Source: Microthyrium microscopicum
Taxonomy: Eukaryota
Direction of reading: 5' to 3'
Assembly (NCBI GenBank): GCA_010405405.1
Contig: MU004231.1
Span: 1,681,784 to 1,745,783 of the forward strand
DNA: 64,000 nt
The notes under the pieces are model-generated. The model was not told the origin of the DNA. It searched no databases and saw only the letters and a list, made by a program, of their open reading frames with translations. This document shows, piece after piece, positions 12,373-24,986 of the stretch (within the stretch, counting starts at the first letter, position 1; each line of letters starts with the position of its first letter). Both the position numbers and the translations under genes were made by a program.

Positions 12373-13099
12373 GACTGATTAAGTAGCAGTGGATAAAAAG
12401 CTGGGGGAGCTTGGAGCTGGAAGAAAGACGGGAGGTTGAAACCTGGAGATGGATGTACAGTGCTGTCGGGGACCTGCTTATCCCCCCCCTAAAATCACAG
12501 ATTAGCGGATCATGCCGTAATTAGGTGGATTCCTAGGACGGGATAAACGTTATAGTACAAATTTATAGGGCACTACCTAGTTGCAGCCTATTAGCGGCCC
12601 CTAAAAACCATCCTTCCTAAATACTACATCTTAGGTTGTTTTTAAAGCTATACTAGCGATATAGATAGTAAAATAGTAGTGTTTAATTACTACTTATTCC
12701 TTATTTCAAAATATCTTAAATAGGTAGTATTTTTACTAATTAATAGTATTTAAAGCTCTTTAATAATAATTATATCTTAACGAAGCTAATTAGGCTATAA
12801 TCTTAAGTTAGGTTCCTAAAGATATTAAAGATATTATAGATAGAAAGGTAGTATTCTTACTAGTAGAGTTAAAGATTTAGAGTTAAAGATATTAAATAGT
12901 ATAGGATTATTAGCGCTAAGGGCTATTTTATTAGTAATTAGATCTAATAGTAGTAAAGAAGCTAAAGATCTAGTACTAGCGATGCTAATAGGGTATCATT
13001 TTAAAGTTAATAAAGAAGTAAGAGTAATAACTATAAGATATTTTATTAATTTAGTTTAAAATTATTAAAATATACCTATTTAACGTTATCTTATCTTTA

Positions 13100-15000
13100 A
13101 TAATTTCTTAATATCTTCTATATAACTTCCTACTAGTCTTTTAGTACTAAAATACTTCTTAATACTATAGTTCTTATTTATTAGGTCCTTAGTTCTATCT
13201 AATCTCTAAACTACTATATATTAATGCGTACTATAAGTAAATACTACGTAATAGTACTTAAAAAAGCTACTAGATAGTTATTTAAAATCTTTATAGATAT
13301 AGGCAAAATTCTTTTACTAAAAATGCCTACGCTAGCTCTAAAGGCTTTAGCTATGTCTTCTTATCTTAGGGATCTAATTTCTATATCTTATGCTAAGCCT
13401 ACGCTATTACCTATTCTTTATAGTAGAGTTAATATAAATACTATTATTCTTAACTATTTACTAATATTATTAGCTTCTTAGGTTTAACTAGATAAGTATC
13501 CTTTATAATAGGATAGTAAAACTTAAAATATCTTAGAGTATGCTGCTAATAGATTATAACTTTAAGATATTAATATTACTTAGCCTCTACTAGTTAAAGA
13601 GACCTAAAATATACTTAATACTACTTAGGATATTATTTATAAGCGTTAATATAGCTTAAACTACATTAAAGAGATATATTTACCTAGAATTACTACCTAA
13701 AATGCTATAATAAATAGTACTTAATATTCTAAGATCTTTTTACCTAATTCTAGCGCCCTAGTTCCCTAGATTAATTTTATGCTCTTAACTTTACTAGTAC
13801 CTAAATTCCCTCCTAAAATAACTATTATTACTAAGATTTAGAAGCAAGGAATAGCTATAATTAAGAATAAATTTAATTATTTTCACTAGAGCTTAGTTAA
13901 AGGCTTTAAAAAGACTTAGGACTAGCTAAATCTACGCCTTAAGGAATAAGGAACAATATATAGTTCTTCTATCTTAATATAGATATTTTTAAAGTAAAAG
14001 ATAAAGAAGAAGACTAAAGATCTTTAATATAGCTTTAGCATTAATTTAGGCTTAGGCAATAAGAAGCTTAGTAATATTCTTACTCTAATCTAGTACTAAA
14101 TTACTTACTAGTATAAGTCTAATTTCTATAAGAACTCTTAACGCGTTAGTAATCCAAAATAGGAGATTATATTCAGTATTACTAAGCCTAAACGTCCCCC
14201 TCTAGCGTTAGCGATAGTAATAAAGATATTAAAATAGGCAAATCTATAGGTTAAAGAACATCAACGTCGTCTTAATTCCGCTACAGAATTCATTACATTA
14301 TTAAATAAATAAATATGTCAGAATAGCTATTATCCTAACTACCTAGATAGCGGTTATTACTTTATTAATATACGTCATAAATACCTATTCTTAAACGCTT
14401 CGTTTTTAAATAACTAGGCCTAAAAGATTACATCTAGAGACGCTAATGTTAATAAACTACTACAAGTAATAATGCTCAAGTTACTAGAATGTATAGCTAT
14501 TCAACGCGCTTACTATTATAAAGAGGTACTATTAGCATTAAATTTATAATAGCAACCTATTAATATTAATATCTACTATAATTAAGAGAGCTTAAACTTA
14601 CCTAGTAGAGTCTCTAGTAGGCTATTTAATAGCTAAAGCTAGCGCTTGCGTTTAATATCTCCACTACGCCGTTACAGCGTTCCTATAGCTTTAACACAAT
14701 ATCTTAGTCCTTCATTAGTAACAAAATACTACTTAGAGAAGGAATTTAGTAAATTTAAATAATAGTTCTCTAATAACTTAGAGTTTAGGTAATATTTAGT
14801 ATTTAATCGTATTATAGAAGCCCTTAAAGAGAAGAGATATCGTTTAAGGCAAGTAGTAGAGTATAATTATACCTAGTTTAAGCAACTTCTTAGTAAGGGG
14901 CTATTAACTATAATTAATAATATAATTAAAATTTATAAGGAAATCATTACTAATTTTTATTAGTATTATGCCTATTAGATTAGGCTTCTTAATAATACTA
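13100..15000 (+). pseudogene. RIP-destroyed second ORF of the transposon (unknown protein with a Cys/His cluster)
   Basis: Frame from 14163 reads KPKRPPLALA..EHQRRLNSATEF..ICQNSYYPNYLDSGYYFINIRHKYLFLNASFLNN*A*KITSRDA. Stops are of RIP type (TAG/TAA). Boundaries are approximate. Confidence 0.55.
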
Positions 15001-15119
15001 ATTTTAGAAGCTCTAGATAAGTTTTATAGTAGTAGTAGTTTAATATTAAATTCTTATTATAGTATAAAGAAATTAGAAGTAGAAGTAATAATTAAAGCTA
15101 TTTCCTAGATATTCCTACA

Positions 15120-16300
15120 TAACCCTAAACCCTAAGAGATTATAGCACGTTCTATAACATAATTGCTATATTAAATATATCCTAAAGCTTAATTCCTACC
15201 TACTACTCCCTTACCTAAAACCTTTATTCCTATCCTTAAAAACTACTTAAAAGATATAGAATTCTTATAAGAATATTACTAGACGTTATTTATCTTTAAC
15301 TAAGCTTTTAAATTACTAAAAAATTCCTTAATAGGATTAAAATCTAGACAATAAGGCAATAAGAATTCTAATCGTATCCCTATAGTCCTAAATATCTTAT
15401 AGACCTATTTACTATAATAAAAGGATACATTATCTATAATAATAATACTTCTAGGAAGAGGATATTACTAATATATATTTAGAAGCCTATTCTTATACTA
15501 CTAAGTAAAGCCTTTACTATTACTATTAGCTATATAAATATCTACTAAAAGGATACTATTATACTTATACGCTAGTAGAATATTATACTATTTAATAGCG
15601 TTACTAGTATTCTTTAATTTCTACTTATTAAGCATTAGGAAGCTTTTAATATTAAGCTTAATACCTAATTTACTCTACCCTATTATTCTTAAGACGCTAC
15701 TAATCCTATAGCCTACTTTATTAATAAATATAAGCTATTCTATAGTATATTTTATTATCTATTTATAGTATTTAAGACATACTTTAGTAAAGCGCTAAGT
15801 AGTAATAATCTTTAATTATAAAGGATAAGATTACTACTATTTAACGATCTAAATACAACTAACCTTCTTTTTAGTATAACTATACTTATTTAGGACTTTA
15901 GAGATAGTCGTTTAACTTAATATAATCCTAAATCTATCCTATATAAACTCTAATATCTTAAATTATATCAAATTAGGTTAATAAAGAAGATATTTAAATA
16001 GCGCAATTTAAATCTTACAATCTAGTTATAGTAGAAGTCCTAGTTTAGTATAAATAGGCTTAAACGATCCTCTTATCTTTAATATACAACGCTAGTTCTA
16101 TATAGTAACTATACTATAACTAACTTCTCTTATAATAATAGCTTTAGAGTATTTAAGCGTTATTAGTTCTTATACCTATATTTGCTATATTTTACTAAGA
16201 TATTAACCTAACAATAGGGTTAAAAAAGAAAGAGGGCGTTTAGATAGCATTATAATACTAAAAATTAAGAAATTTAAGGAAGATTTAGCTTTAGAATTAA
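15120..16300 (-). pseudogene. RIP-destroyed DD34E transposase
   Basis: One minus frame gives E*LIFINKVG (QLVFIDE), G*SKLG (GWS), YNILLAY (ILPAY), PRSIIIIDNVSFY (MDNASFH), LLPYCLDFNPIKEFF (LPPYSPDFNPIEE). Exactly 34 residues lie between D (15432-34) and the E position (15327-29). Ends are approximate. Confidence 0.88.
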
Positions 16301-16880
16301 TAATATTATAATTAGGGAAGATAATAGAGTTAGTAAGATTAAACTAAGAGGCTATGCCGCTAAATTTACATACTAACGTACTCTTTAGATCTTCTCGCCC
16401 TTTAATCACACCCTAAAGCGCCATTTTAGCATTTCAGGGGGGGATAAGCAGGTCCCTGACAGCACTGTATGCACCACCACGGAGGCTCTTGTCAAGTTGT
16501 CACGGCTGACGACACGCGACAAATCGGCCTCGTTTCACCATCCATCAGCGCGTAACCTCTTGTCCAACGCAATATTGTACCTCTTTGTTCCTTTGACCTA
16601 TGAATTCACACTGAAAAGAATACGATTTACCTTGACTAGGCACTTTCTCTATTTCTTAGCAATCACTAGAGCTGGCATAACTAGACCGCCCTCATTAGGA
16701 GCAGACGATTCCACGCAGTGTCATCACTTATTCCTTTAGGAGTGGTATCAGTCAACTCTAATTACTCTCGCATCATTCACTAAGAGATAGACTTGTAAAT
16801 CATGATTTGAGATTTCTATCAAACATCGCTGTGAACGCCTCCCAATGCTCGCATATATGGTCCGTGGATATGATACAGCA

Positions 16881-17498
16881 TCAAAGAATGCCTTCCAAGT
16901 TCTCCAACTTGCCCATCATCTCTTCCGTTGACTCTCCTGACCCAGTACTTTTCTTCTGCCCTGCCATCGCTGACGGTATCTCTCCTCGATATATTGCATC
17001 CATGCGCTTCACTCGCTCTCGCGCCTGCTGTAAGCTTAAAGGCGGCTCAAGAAGTCCCACCTGCAACCGTCATCATTAGTATATTCCGCGCATCAGAATG
17101 AAGGATTCGCAATGTATGAACTGTAGTGTATGTTGGAAATCGAGATCAAGGAAGGCGTACTAGGTTAAGAAGTTTCCAGGCAGGCAAAGTTGGTTGCGCG
17201 CCAACACCGAGCCAGTATTTTGCTCTTGAAGTGTCTAGCTTGAAGTCTTTGAAAGGTTTGCCCTCGCCATCGATGGGTGCTTTAGGTATTGGATCGAAGG
17301 TGCCGAGGACCTCAAGAGGTTTAGAGCCGCGGGCTGTTCTGCAAGTGGAAAACAGTTTGTTAGCTAGGTTGTGAATGGGAGGATGTATGGGTCGATCTGC
17401 TATGGCCAATTTAGGACGTACCGCGCATTGGTAACGACGATGTTGTAGAAGGGCTGTCGTTTTTTGCCGAAGCGAGCTAGGCGTATTCGGACGACCAT
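16881..17498 (-). CDS. MRPS16: Mitochondrial small-subunit ribosomal protein S16 (bS16m); 3 exons
   Basis: MVVRIRLARFGKKRQPFYNIVVTNAR / TARGSKPLEVLGTFDPIP..RAKYWLGVGAQPT / VGLLEP. Confidence 0.92.
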
Positions 17499-17778
17499 GG
17501 TGTGTGAATGGGGATTGGTATTATTGTCAATTGAAGTCTTGCTCTCAATTGGTGTTCTAAAAAAGTCGCGAGATGTCGAGGGGCTGTGGCGAGGGGGCTA
17601 CGCTTGGGCAATTACTTCAATAGGTGATCTGACGACTTCGTTTGATCATTCGATTCTGTCGATGAAGTCATTCGTGAAATCTGTTGCTTGCTCTTATTTA
17701 AGTCGTAGTAACTCTGCTTCATATCGCCGAGTGCCTTTTTGTCTAAGACATCCAGTACATCGCTTGAATCTTCACACA

Positions 17779-18863
17779 ATGGCCATTCGAGTGAGCATTT
17801 GCCTCATTCTCAGCCTTATTGTGAGACACAAACTAACAACATATAGACACTCAATGCCAAAACTGCCGGCGAGTTAGACGCTGAGCTTATGGACTCTGGT
17901 GGTTTCTCCCTTGACCAGCTTATGGAACTGGCAGGTCTCAGTGTCTCTCAAGCTGTTTACAAGCTCCATCCCCCCAGTAAAGGAGACCGTGTACTCGTAG
18001 CTTGTGGCCCTGGAAATAATGGTGAGTTGCGAGATACGTCTTAACCATATACGGCTGCTGTCCAACCCAATGACTCGCTTTATGATAGTACTCTGGGATT
18101 CATGTAGTGCAAGTGCTGAGACGTCAAGGAGTCATATATGAACTCGGCGATCGCTAATGTCAGGTAGGCGGTGATGGTCTAGTTGCGGCCAGACATTTAC
18201 ATCACTTTGGCTATACGCCTACCATCTACTACCCGAAGCAAGGAAAAGCTGAACTATACAAAGTATGCTTTAAAAGACCCAATGTCAATCCGACCATAAC
18301 TGACAGACATTTAGCGCTTGGTAACACAACTTCAAAGCCTAGATGTCAAATTCGCAGAAGACTTTCACTCGGCCTTGAAAAACACCGATTATCTAGTTGA
18401 TGCAATCTTCGGTATGTGATATGCCATACTTCCGCGCAATACATGATCGTAACCTCCCCTCTAGGTTTCAGTTTCTCCGGTGAAGTCCGCGAACCATTCC
18501 CATCAGTCATAAAGGCTCTACGCGATACCAAGATACCAGTACTATCTGTTGATGCTCCTTCTTCCTGGCACATCGAGATTGGTCCACCGGAGGAGGGGCC
18601 TGGACAGGGTTTTCAGCCAGAAGCACTGATAAGCTTGACGGCACCTAAGCCGCTCGTCAAACACTTCAAGGGAAGACACTTTCTTGGTGGCAGGTAAGAA
18701 TCCAATCCGATCTTTCCTGATTCTACACTATCAAATCTTAGTCTCTAACGGTGTGTGAAGATTTCTGAGCAAACAAATGGCACAAAAGTATAGCCTAGAC
18801 ATCCCACCATATCCAGGATGCGATCAGATTGTCGAGGTTGATGTTCAAGGTCAGAAGCTATAA
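17779..18863 (+). CDS. NNR1: NAD(P)HX epimerase (YjeF N-terminal domain); multi-exon
   Basis: [68 protein letters not shown] motifs across several GT-AG introns. Confidence 0.9.
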
Positions 18864-21800
18864 CACATGTGCAACTAAGACCTCTCCAATTGAAACAAGC
18901 GTGTTCATGGATAGTTTGAGCTTAATCCATGCCGGACCCGACTACTGAGGAGAATACCAGGATTACTTTCTGAGCTGTTCAACTGTGCAGACCTTGTACT
19001 CTTTAACCCAGTTAGTCAAGACCCTTTTTATTCAGGACATAGCACCGATCTGTTGGACCTTGTTTTTACGCATCATGATGCGGAGTAAATGCACGTCAGC
19101 TGCGGGTTAGAACTGGTTCACGGTACATATGTAGCATGCCGACACTTGTATTGAGTAATCTGAGCTTGAATGCATGTGGTGCTTGAGAGCGGTGGTTCTA
19201 TCATCATATCGCCAGTAACAGGTTTATAGTGCACATTGAAGCATAAGTTACTAAAGTTTCAACGGATACCTATATAGATACAATGTGGAATGGATGGTAT
19301 TCTTCCCTAACGCTCCCTATGCGTGTTTCTATTAGCTTCTGAGCACCAGTTGATTTTACCCACAGTTTCAAAGACAACAGAGCGATCTCAATTGACATCT
19401 CGACATACATCCAATCATTAAAACGAAGACCTCATATATTACCACAAGCTACACGACCTCCTCACCAAACAACAACAATAGCGGATCAGGCATCCGAAAA
19501 GCTAGAAAAGTACCGTCCCACGAGAAGACTTGACCTATATATATATCTCTGGAATGTGTAGTACCTGAGGCCTCACAGACAATGTCACTCGTAACTATCA
19601 CTTCTAGTCCAGATCACAAACACATGGCTCAACAAAACCACGAAACATCACTCACCAACTTTCAACACTGTGTAACCACCCCTAAGCATTAGGAGATAAC
19701 TCCGACGACCCCCTCAACCGCGAGAAAACAATCTTTTCTCCCTTCCCAAAAGCAAGCAACCACCTCCTTGGCGTATCAATACTAGCCAATCTAAATCTAC
19801 TACGCATCTCCTATCTCCTTCGCCCTGAAAACCATCTCAGACCGAGTCCCGAGGCGTCGAGCGAACCGAGTAAAGGGGACCACCAAGACAAATGAGGAGA
19901 AGGGGAGTGATTGGGTACGCGGGGAATCGGAAACAAGTTGCATAAAGTGTGGTTACACAACAACGAAAGGTGTGGATGGGCTACACCAAATATCATCAGC
20001 ACGTATACTGGGGTCCATTGGCATTCTTGACAGCAAAGCCAAGTTTTCCCATGTGGCCCCACGATAGGGACTTGTGAGACATTTAAGCTTCTGGGGGATG
20101 TTTGTGTATGAGGCTGCTTTTGTTTTTTGCCACTTTGGGTCCTGTTCGACGGGAAGACGGGTTGCGGGCCGTGCTGGGTAGTTGCCGCTGTTGGATGAGG
20201 GTGTTATTACGAGGTTGGGTTTGAGACTCGAGGTCTTCATGTCCTTGGTGAGGCTGGGCGGTCATGGCTAGGGAGATTAGGTGTTGGAAATTGTGTTTAT
20301 GGACAAATGTTCCACGAAAGATATATCGATGATTGGGTTGATGGTATGTTGGAGTTATTGAACTTTTTATGAAAATATATTAGTTCTTGATGAAGAAGAG
20401 TTATGTTTTGAGGTAACGAAGCCAGAATGGGATACATGCATGATACGAGCATGATCGGTATACCAACGGTTGTGCCTGGAAGAGGCACGGCAGTCGGCGG
20501 ATGTGATTGCGCAACTCGAACGCTTGTTTCGATCAGGAGTTGCCTTTTGCGGCAAGGTATACAGAAACTGTTCGTAGTTTGGCAAACTTTGGTACGTAAT
20601 TTGGCTACGAATTGAGGTCTCAAGGATCTACAGTGACGAGTCTTTGCGCAATACTTTACAGTTAGTACTCGGCAGCGATACGCAGTACAAAGTCTTCTTG
20701 GAATCCAAGTATTCGGACGTCCATATATTAAAGATAGGCAGCACGAGCTGTACTATAAACGAGTTAGCTTTGAGATGACTATATAGTTTAACAGTTAGAC
20801 ATGGTTCTAACCTCTCTTAATCTTCCGTGCCTCGTGAAAACGTGCGATTGCGCAAGGCTGTCTCGGGCATGTGGTCGCAATTTGTCCTATGCTTGAGCCA
20901 GCCCCGTTGCGAACTATCATCCTCGTGGAGTCAAATTGCCACAAGTATGGAAGCGACACATAATGAACAGAGTTATACGTGGTTCGTCTCCAGAGAATCA
21001 TAAAGACTTCTTGGTCGATGATTGTTAGTGATGGTCTTGCTTTGTAGTAAGTGAAGTATTGGTGCAATACTCATGCCTTTTCAAACACAGAACTACAATA
21101 TGCGCGAGAGCTGGTGCTAGTACAGCATCAAGCAGAGTAATGAGTGAACCAATCGAGAATGAGGAATAAAGAAAGGTTGGCAAACCAATAAGATAATGAG
21201 TTAGTAGTAAGTAGGTCGAGTTTTGCGTTGTGCAAAGCGCTCAATTTGATGCAATGGTGACAAGGATAAGCATTGCGCCCTTGTTATTTCATTACCTCCT
21301 TGCCCCAGACATCAGTATGGATGGCGACGTGGATGAAAGCATATGAGAAAGATAAGTGCAAGGATTGATGGCCAAATTTGAAGGTATCTGAATCAATTAT
21401 CATGGGTCATTATTGCAGCGGTAGGCGAGATTTGTAATGTTCCGTCTACTTTATCCATAATAGGGGTTTTGATAGAGTGCGACACGGAAGACGGAGACCA
21501 GTCATACTGAACATTTTTGAAGAGCCTCAAGCGCGGTTGGGAGCCGTCGTACCTGAATCGAAGTTTTTTATATTGGGTCGGATGAAGTTAGCTGGATAGA
21601 GAATTGGGACAGAAACGATCATCGTAATTGATACTGGTAGAATCCGAAATGTCGGGTTCGTCTGTTACGGAAGGATTGTGCACGGTGATGCGGATTGCTC
21701 ATTGATCAGATGCCAGGACGCAAACTCTCGATGCAGCCGCAGATAAGCTTGGCGATGACTCTCGTCGACTTCAGTGTTCACGAGATGCGGTCCAAGGTTG

Positions 21801-24800
21801 GAGTCAGGCAAGATATCCACAGCTACAGCAGTCCTAGGGATGATGTACATTGGTCAGTTGTTGACCTGCACTAGGGGGTAAGCACAACCTGGCGGAAATA
21901 AACAGTATCCAACAAGGCTGGTTAGGCTGGAAAAGCATCACGAAGAGTTAGTTCAAAGGTCAGCCGGTATGGAGTACCAGTTCAATCAACCCGAACTGTT
22001 GGATCGCCACTAGGCAGTTAGGCCGTCTTGATCGGTGTGCTTGGTCTAATTCTGATAGCCATTGAGGGTGATGGATTGGGCGCTCAAGCGAAAAGATATG
22101 ACAGACAGACTCATGGGCATCAAGCAGGAGGCCGAGGATGAAAGTGATGGCCGCTTGAGAGGTTCAAAGCATAAAGGCCGGAGCGCGGCTGTGGTTGGAC
22201 AGACTGGTTCACCATTGAGGTGATTCACAAGTTGAAGTTGGAGGCAACAGACCAATAACAGCAGCGTAAAAGCGGGTGTGTGGATGGCAAAAGCCGCAAA
22301 AGGACCTTTGATGCATTTGTAGTTGATGGCGATGGCCCGGTCGTGGACCTGGGAGTTTGGACCTCGTCTCCTTCAAATGTTGACCTCTTGTTCTCGACAC
22401 CCCTGCACTCACGTTTGAAGCGCTTCCTCAATGGGGCTTCCCAGGCTCAATTGGGTACATCCATCCTGTTCCTCTTCCCATCTCTCGCACCCACGAGTCT
22501 TGTAAAAGTCCAAAGATGGCAATATGACGGGGTTCTGAAGCACAACGGGTACTGCAATGCTTCGAGAAAGACTAACAAATGGCGATCCCTGGAACCAAAC
22601 TTCGGTGTATCTCATTATCCATGCCAGACTCTTTAATCACCAATTCTAGGGTCGGTTGAGCTCAAGCCATCAGATCCCATGCGCGAAAAGTTGCTCTATA
22701 TTGCTGATGATTGCGCGGCTATATGATAGTTTACCAGTTACCGTGGTTCTGCAATGTCCTACGTATATGATCAAAATGTCGTCGTCGCAGTAGGGTGTAT
22801 TGGAGCAAATGGAGGGGAAAGAGCAACTGGTCATGGTCGCATTATTTTCATGCTGGCCGAGTCAAAATCCCAAGGTTGCGACACCGATAGATATAATTTC
22901 TAGTTTACATTCAAGTTGATGGCGGGACATTCGAGTCTCAGGCTCTCAGGCTGACCCGCATCTGCCGTGTACAACTTACCAATTCCCCCAGATGTATGCT
23001 GCACAGCTGCTATGGCGGTGATGCAAATTGCAATCCAAGCCAGTGATTTGCTGCTCCGTCTACCCAAGATTGGTCAAGATGCAAGTTGGGTCAAATGTAG
23101 AGTCGCCCGTGGCCTCATTAGCCAGTAGCGGCAAAGAGGAGAGAATGAGTCTGCAATCTGCATCAAACTGCTGCAAGACAGCTTTAATCGTCGACTTCCC
23201 GCAGCACCTTTGCATCAGAGGTTCAAGCTTTCATCCCTACTACTCTCAAGTGTGCTTTAAGACAGTCAGACTAGATATTCCTTACTCCGTACCGTCCGTT
23301 CATCCTACAGGGCTAGCCAGCTCTTTAGTGCTGGGTTCACACTGCACAGAGCTGCCAGGTTCCCGTTTTTATCAACGTGTGTCTCTGCCCTGTCAGACGA
23401 GAGCCTTCTCTTCTGTACTGCCGGGGCCCCCGTCCTCTACATTTGAGTGCTACAGCCTTCAATTGACGTCTCGGGACTCCAAGCACCCCAAGCGTTATTC
23501 CTAGTTGCGGTGCGCGATTGCTGCTTTGGCCAAGTCAATCTCCAACCTTGAAGACGCCTCTTGCTCATCGGCTTTTGGGAGAGTGTTGCTGCCCAGCGCG
23601 CAGACTTCCAAAGTATCCATATCATAGTCGAGGATCCCGGGATACGGAGTTGGAGAATGACAGAGTTGACGGAAGTTTAAAAGATACGCCAAGTGTGGTC
23701 AACCAGGCTGAAAGTGCGCCAATCGTGACAGAAAAGCTAGTATTCCTTCCCAATTCCCAACAAACGGTGCGCGCTATTCCAGTTGGAACCTATGCCGTAC
23801 GGAAGTAGACTTTTCTTACCTTAGACTGGCTTGACTGGCTACCGATGAGCAGAGGTCCCAAGGAGAAAAAAGAATTATACCATACCTGTTCTTCTCTCTC
23901 CCCACCACTTTCGTTGAGTCGCAAACCTCCAAAACCTCCGTAGTCAACCCTACCTACACTCTCTCCCCGCTACATCTTTGATGCTTTCCTGACCTCAATA
24001 TCCGTATTTTACTACCTCTTACTCTTCTCTACATAAACCTTCATGTACTTTACCTTGCCTTCCGCCCGCTCTTGGACTCGCACCACTACTGCTGGCTAAG
24101 ACTGGCGTAATCAAGCTTGATCCTTCAACCGGTAATCCACACTAGTTTACTCACAGCAGCAGGCGTGCAGGCGTGCAGGCGTACAGCAAAGGCTTGCTTC
24201 AAAGTAGTTGCAGGCTTAAGCCAGGTCTTGCTTCCAACTTTTCCAAATCCCCCCCAAATTATCCAATCTAGGATTATCTAGCACACGCTTAATCTTTTGG
24301 ACTGAAGCCAAAGCAGCAGCCACCGGGAAGGCATCCAAGCACCATCTCTGCAGTCCGCCTCGTCCGCATAATCCCATTCCCCCCCAGCTAGGGCCACTTG
24401 CTCCCCTACTGTTCACTTTCGAGCACTTTGGCACTACTCTACTCTCAGCCTTCACTGTTCACTGTTCAGGCTCTCAACGTTGAACGCCAGGTCGCTCTTT
24501 CAAAACATCCCAAGCGATCATCCCAATCATCTCCTCCATCTGGTCTTTGCGCGCGCCTGCCCTTCTGCATCCATCTTTCACCCAAACCTCTCTCCAAACT
24601 CATCCACCTGTTCTTCTATCCTAGGTCTGCCTATCGTCGCTTTTTTCCTTCCTCCCAAGTGTCGCCGATCTGTGCCCCGGCTTTCCACGGCTTCAACTTG
24701 CGACCTTTGTTCCTGCAGCCTATCTACTCGCCAAATTTGTAATCTCCTGGCCCCTCTGCCCCCAGTCTGCCACTCCCGCGCCCTATCAGCATTCAACCTC

Positions 24801-24986
24801 CAGAATCCTACTTTTTGCCTCAATTGTCGACCGCGACCTTCCTCTAGTGCGCATATCTATTGAACTTGCCAATTCCATCTAGCTCTCTGCCCGCTGCTCT
24901 TTTCTCGCGTCTTGCGACATTGAGCCGTCTATTGCATTTGCGGCCGCTATCCGTTTTAACGCTCGCGGGGCTGCGTGGACAAAGAA

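Larger units (their letters stand above)
12458..16467. mobile_element. Tc1/IS630-superfamily DNA transposon, 4010 bp, heavily RIP-mutated
   Basis: ~37-bp imperfect TIRs CAGTGCTGTCRGGGACCTGCTTATCCCCCCC; TA target duplication at 12456-57 and 16468-69; extreme TpA enrichment and stop density; DD34E relic inside. Confidence 0.95.

Noticed and set aside
17464..17877. 137-aa + strand ORF
   Set aside because: It spans the ~280-bp divergent promoter of MRPS16/NNR1 and NNR1's first intron, with no recognisable motifs.
19811..20265. Short minus-strand ORFs (60-95 aa)
   Set aside because: Could be a small orphan gene, but there is no motif, homology or clear exon structure to support it.
21665..23808. 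Protein-like ORF fragments in the long gap upstream of the Whi3-like gene
   Set aside because: Frames are short, mutually inconsistent and unrecognisable. This may be a decayed gene, but it is not supportable by eye.
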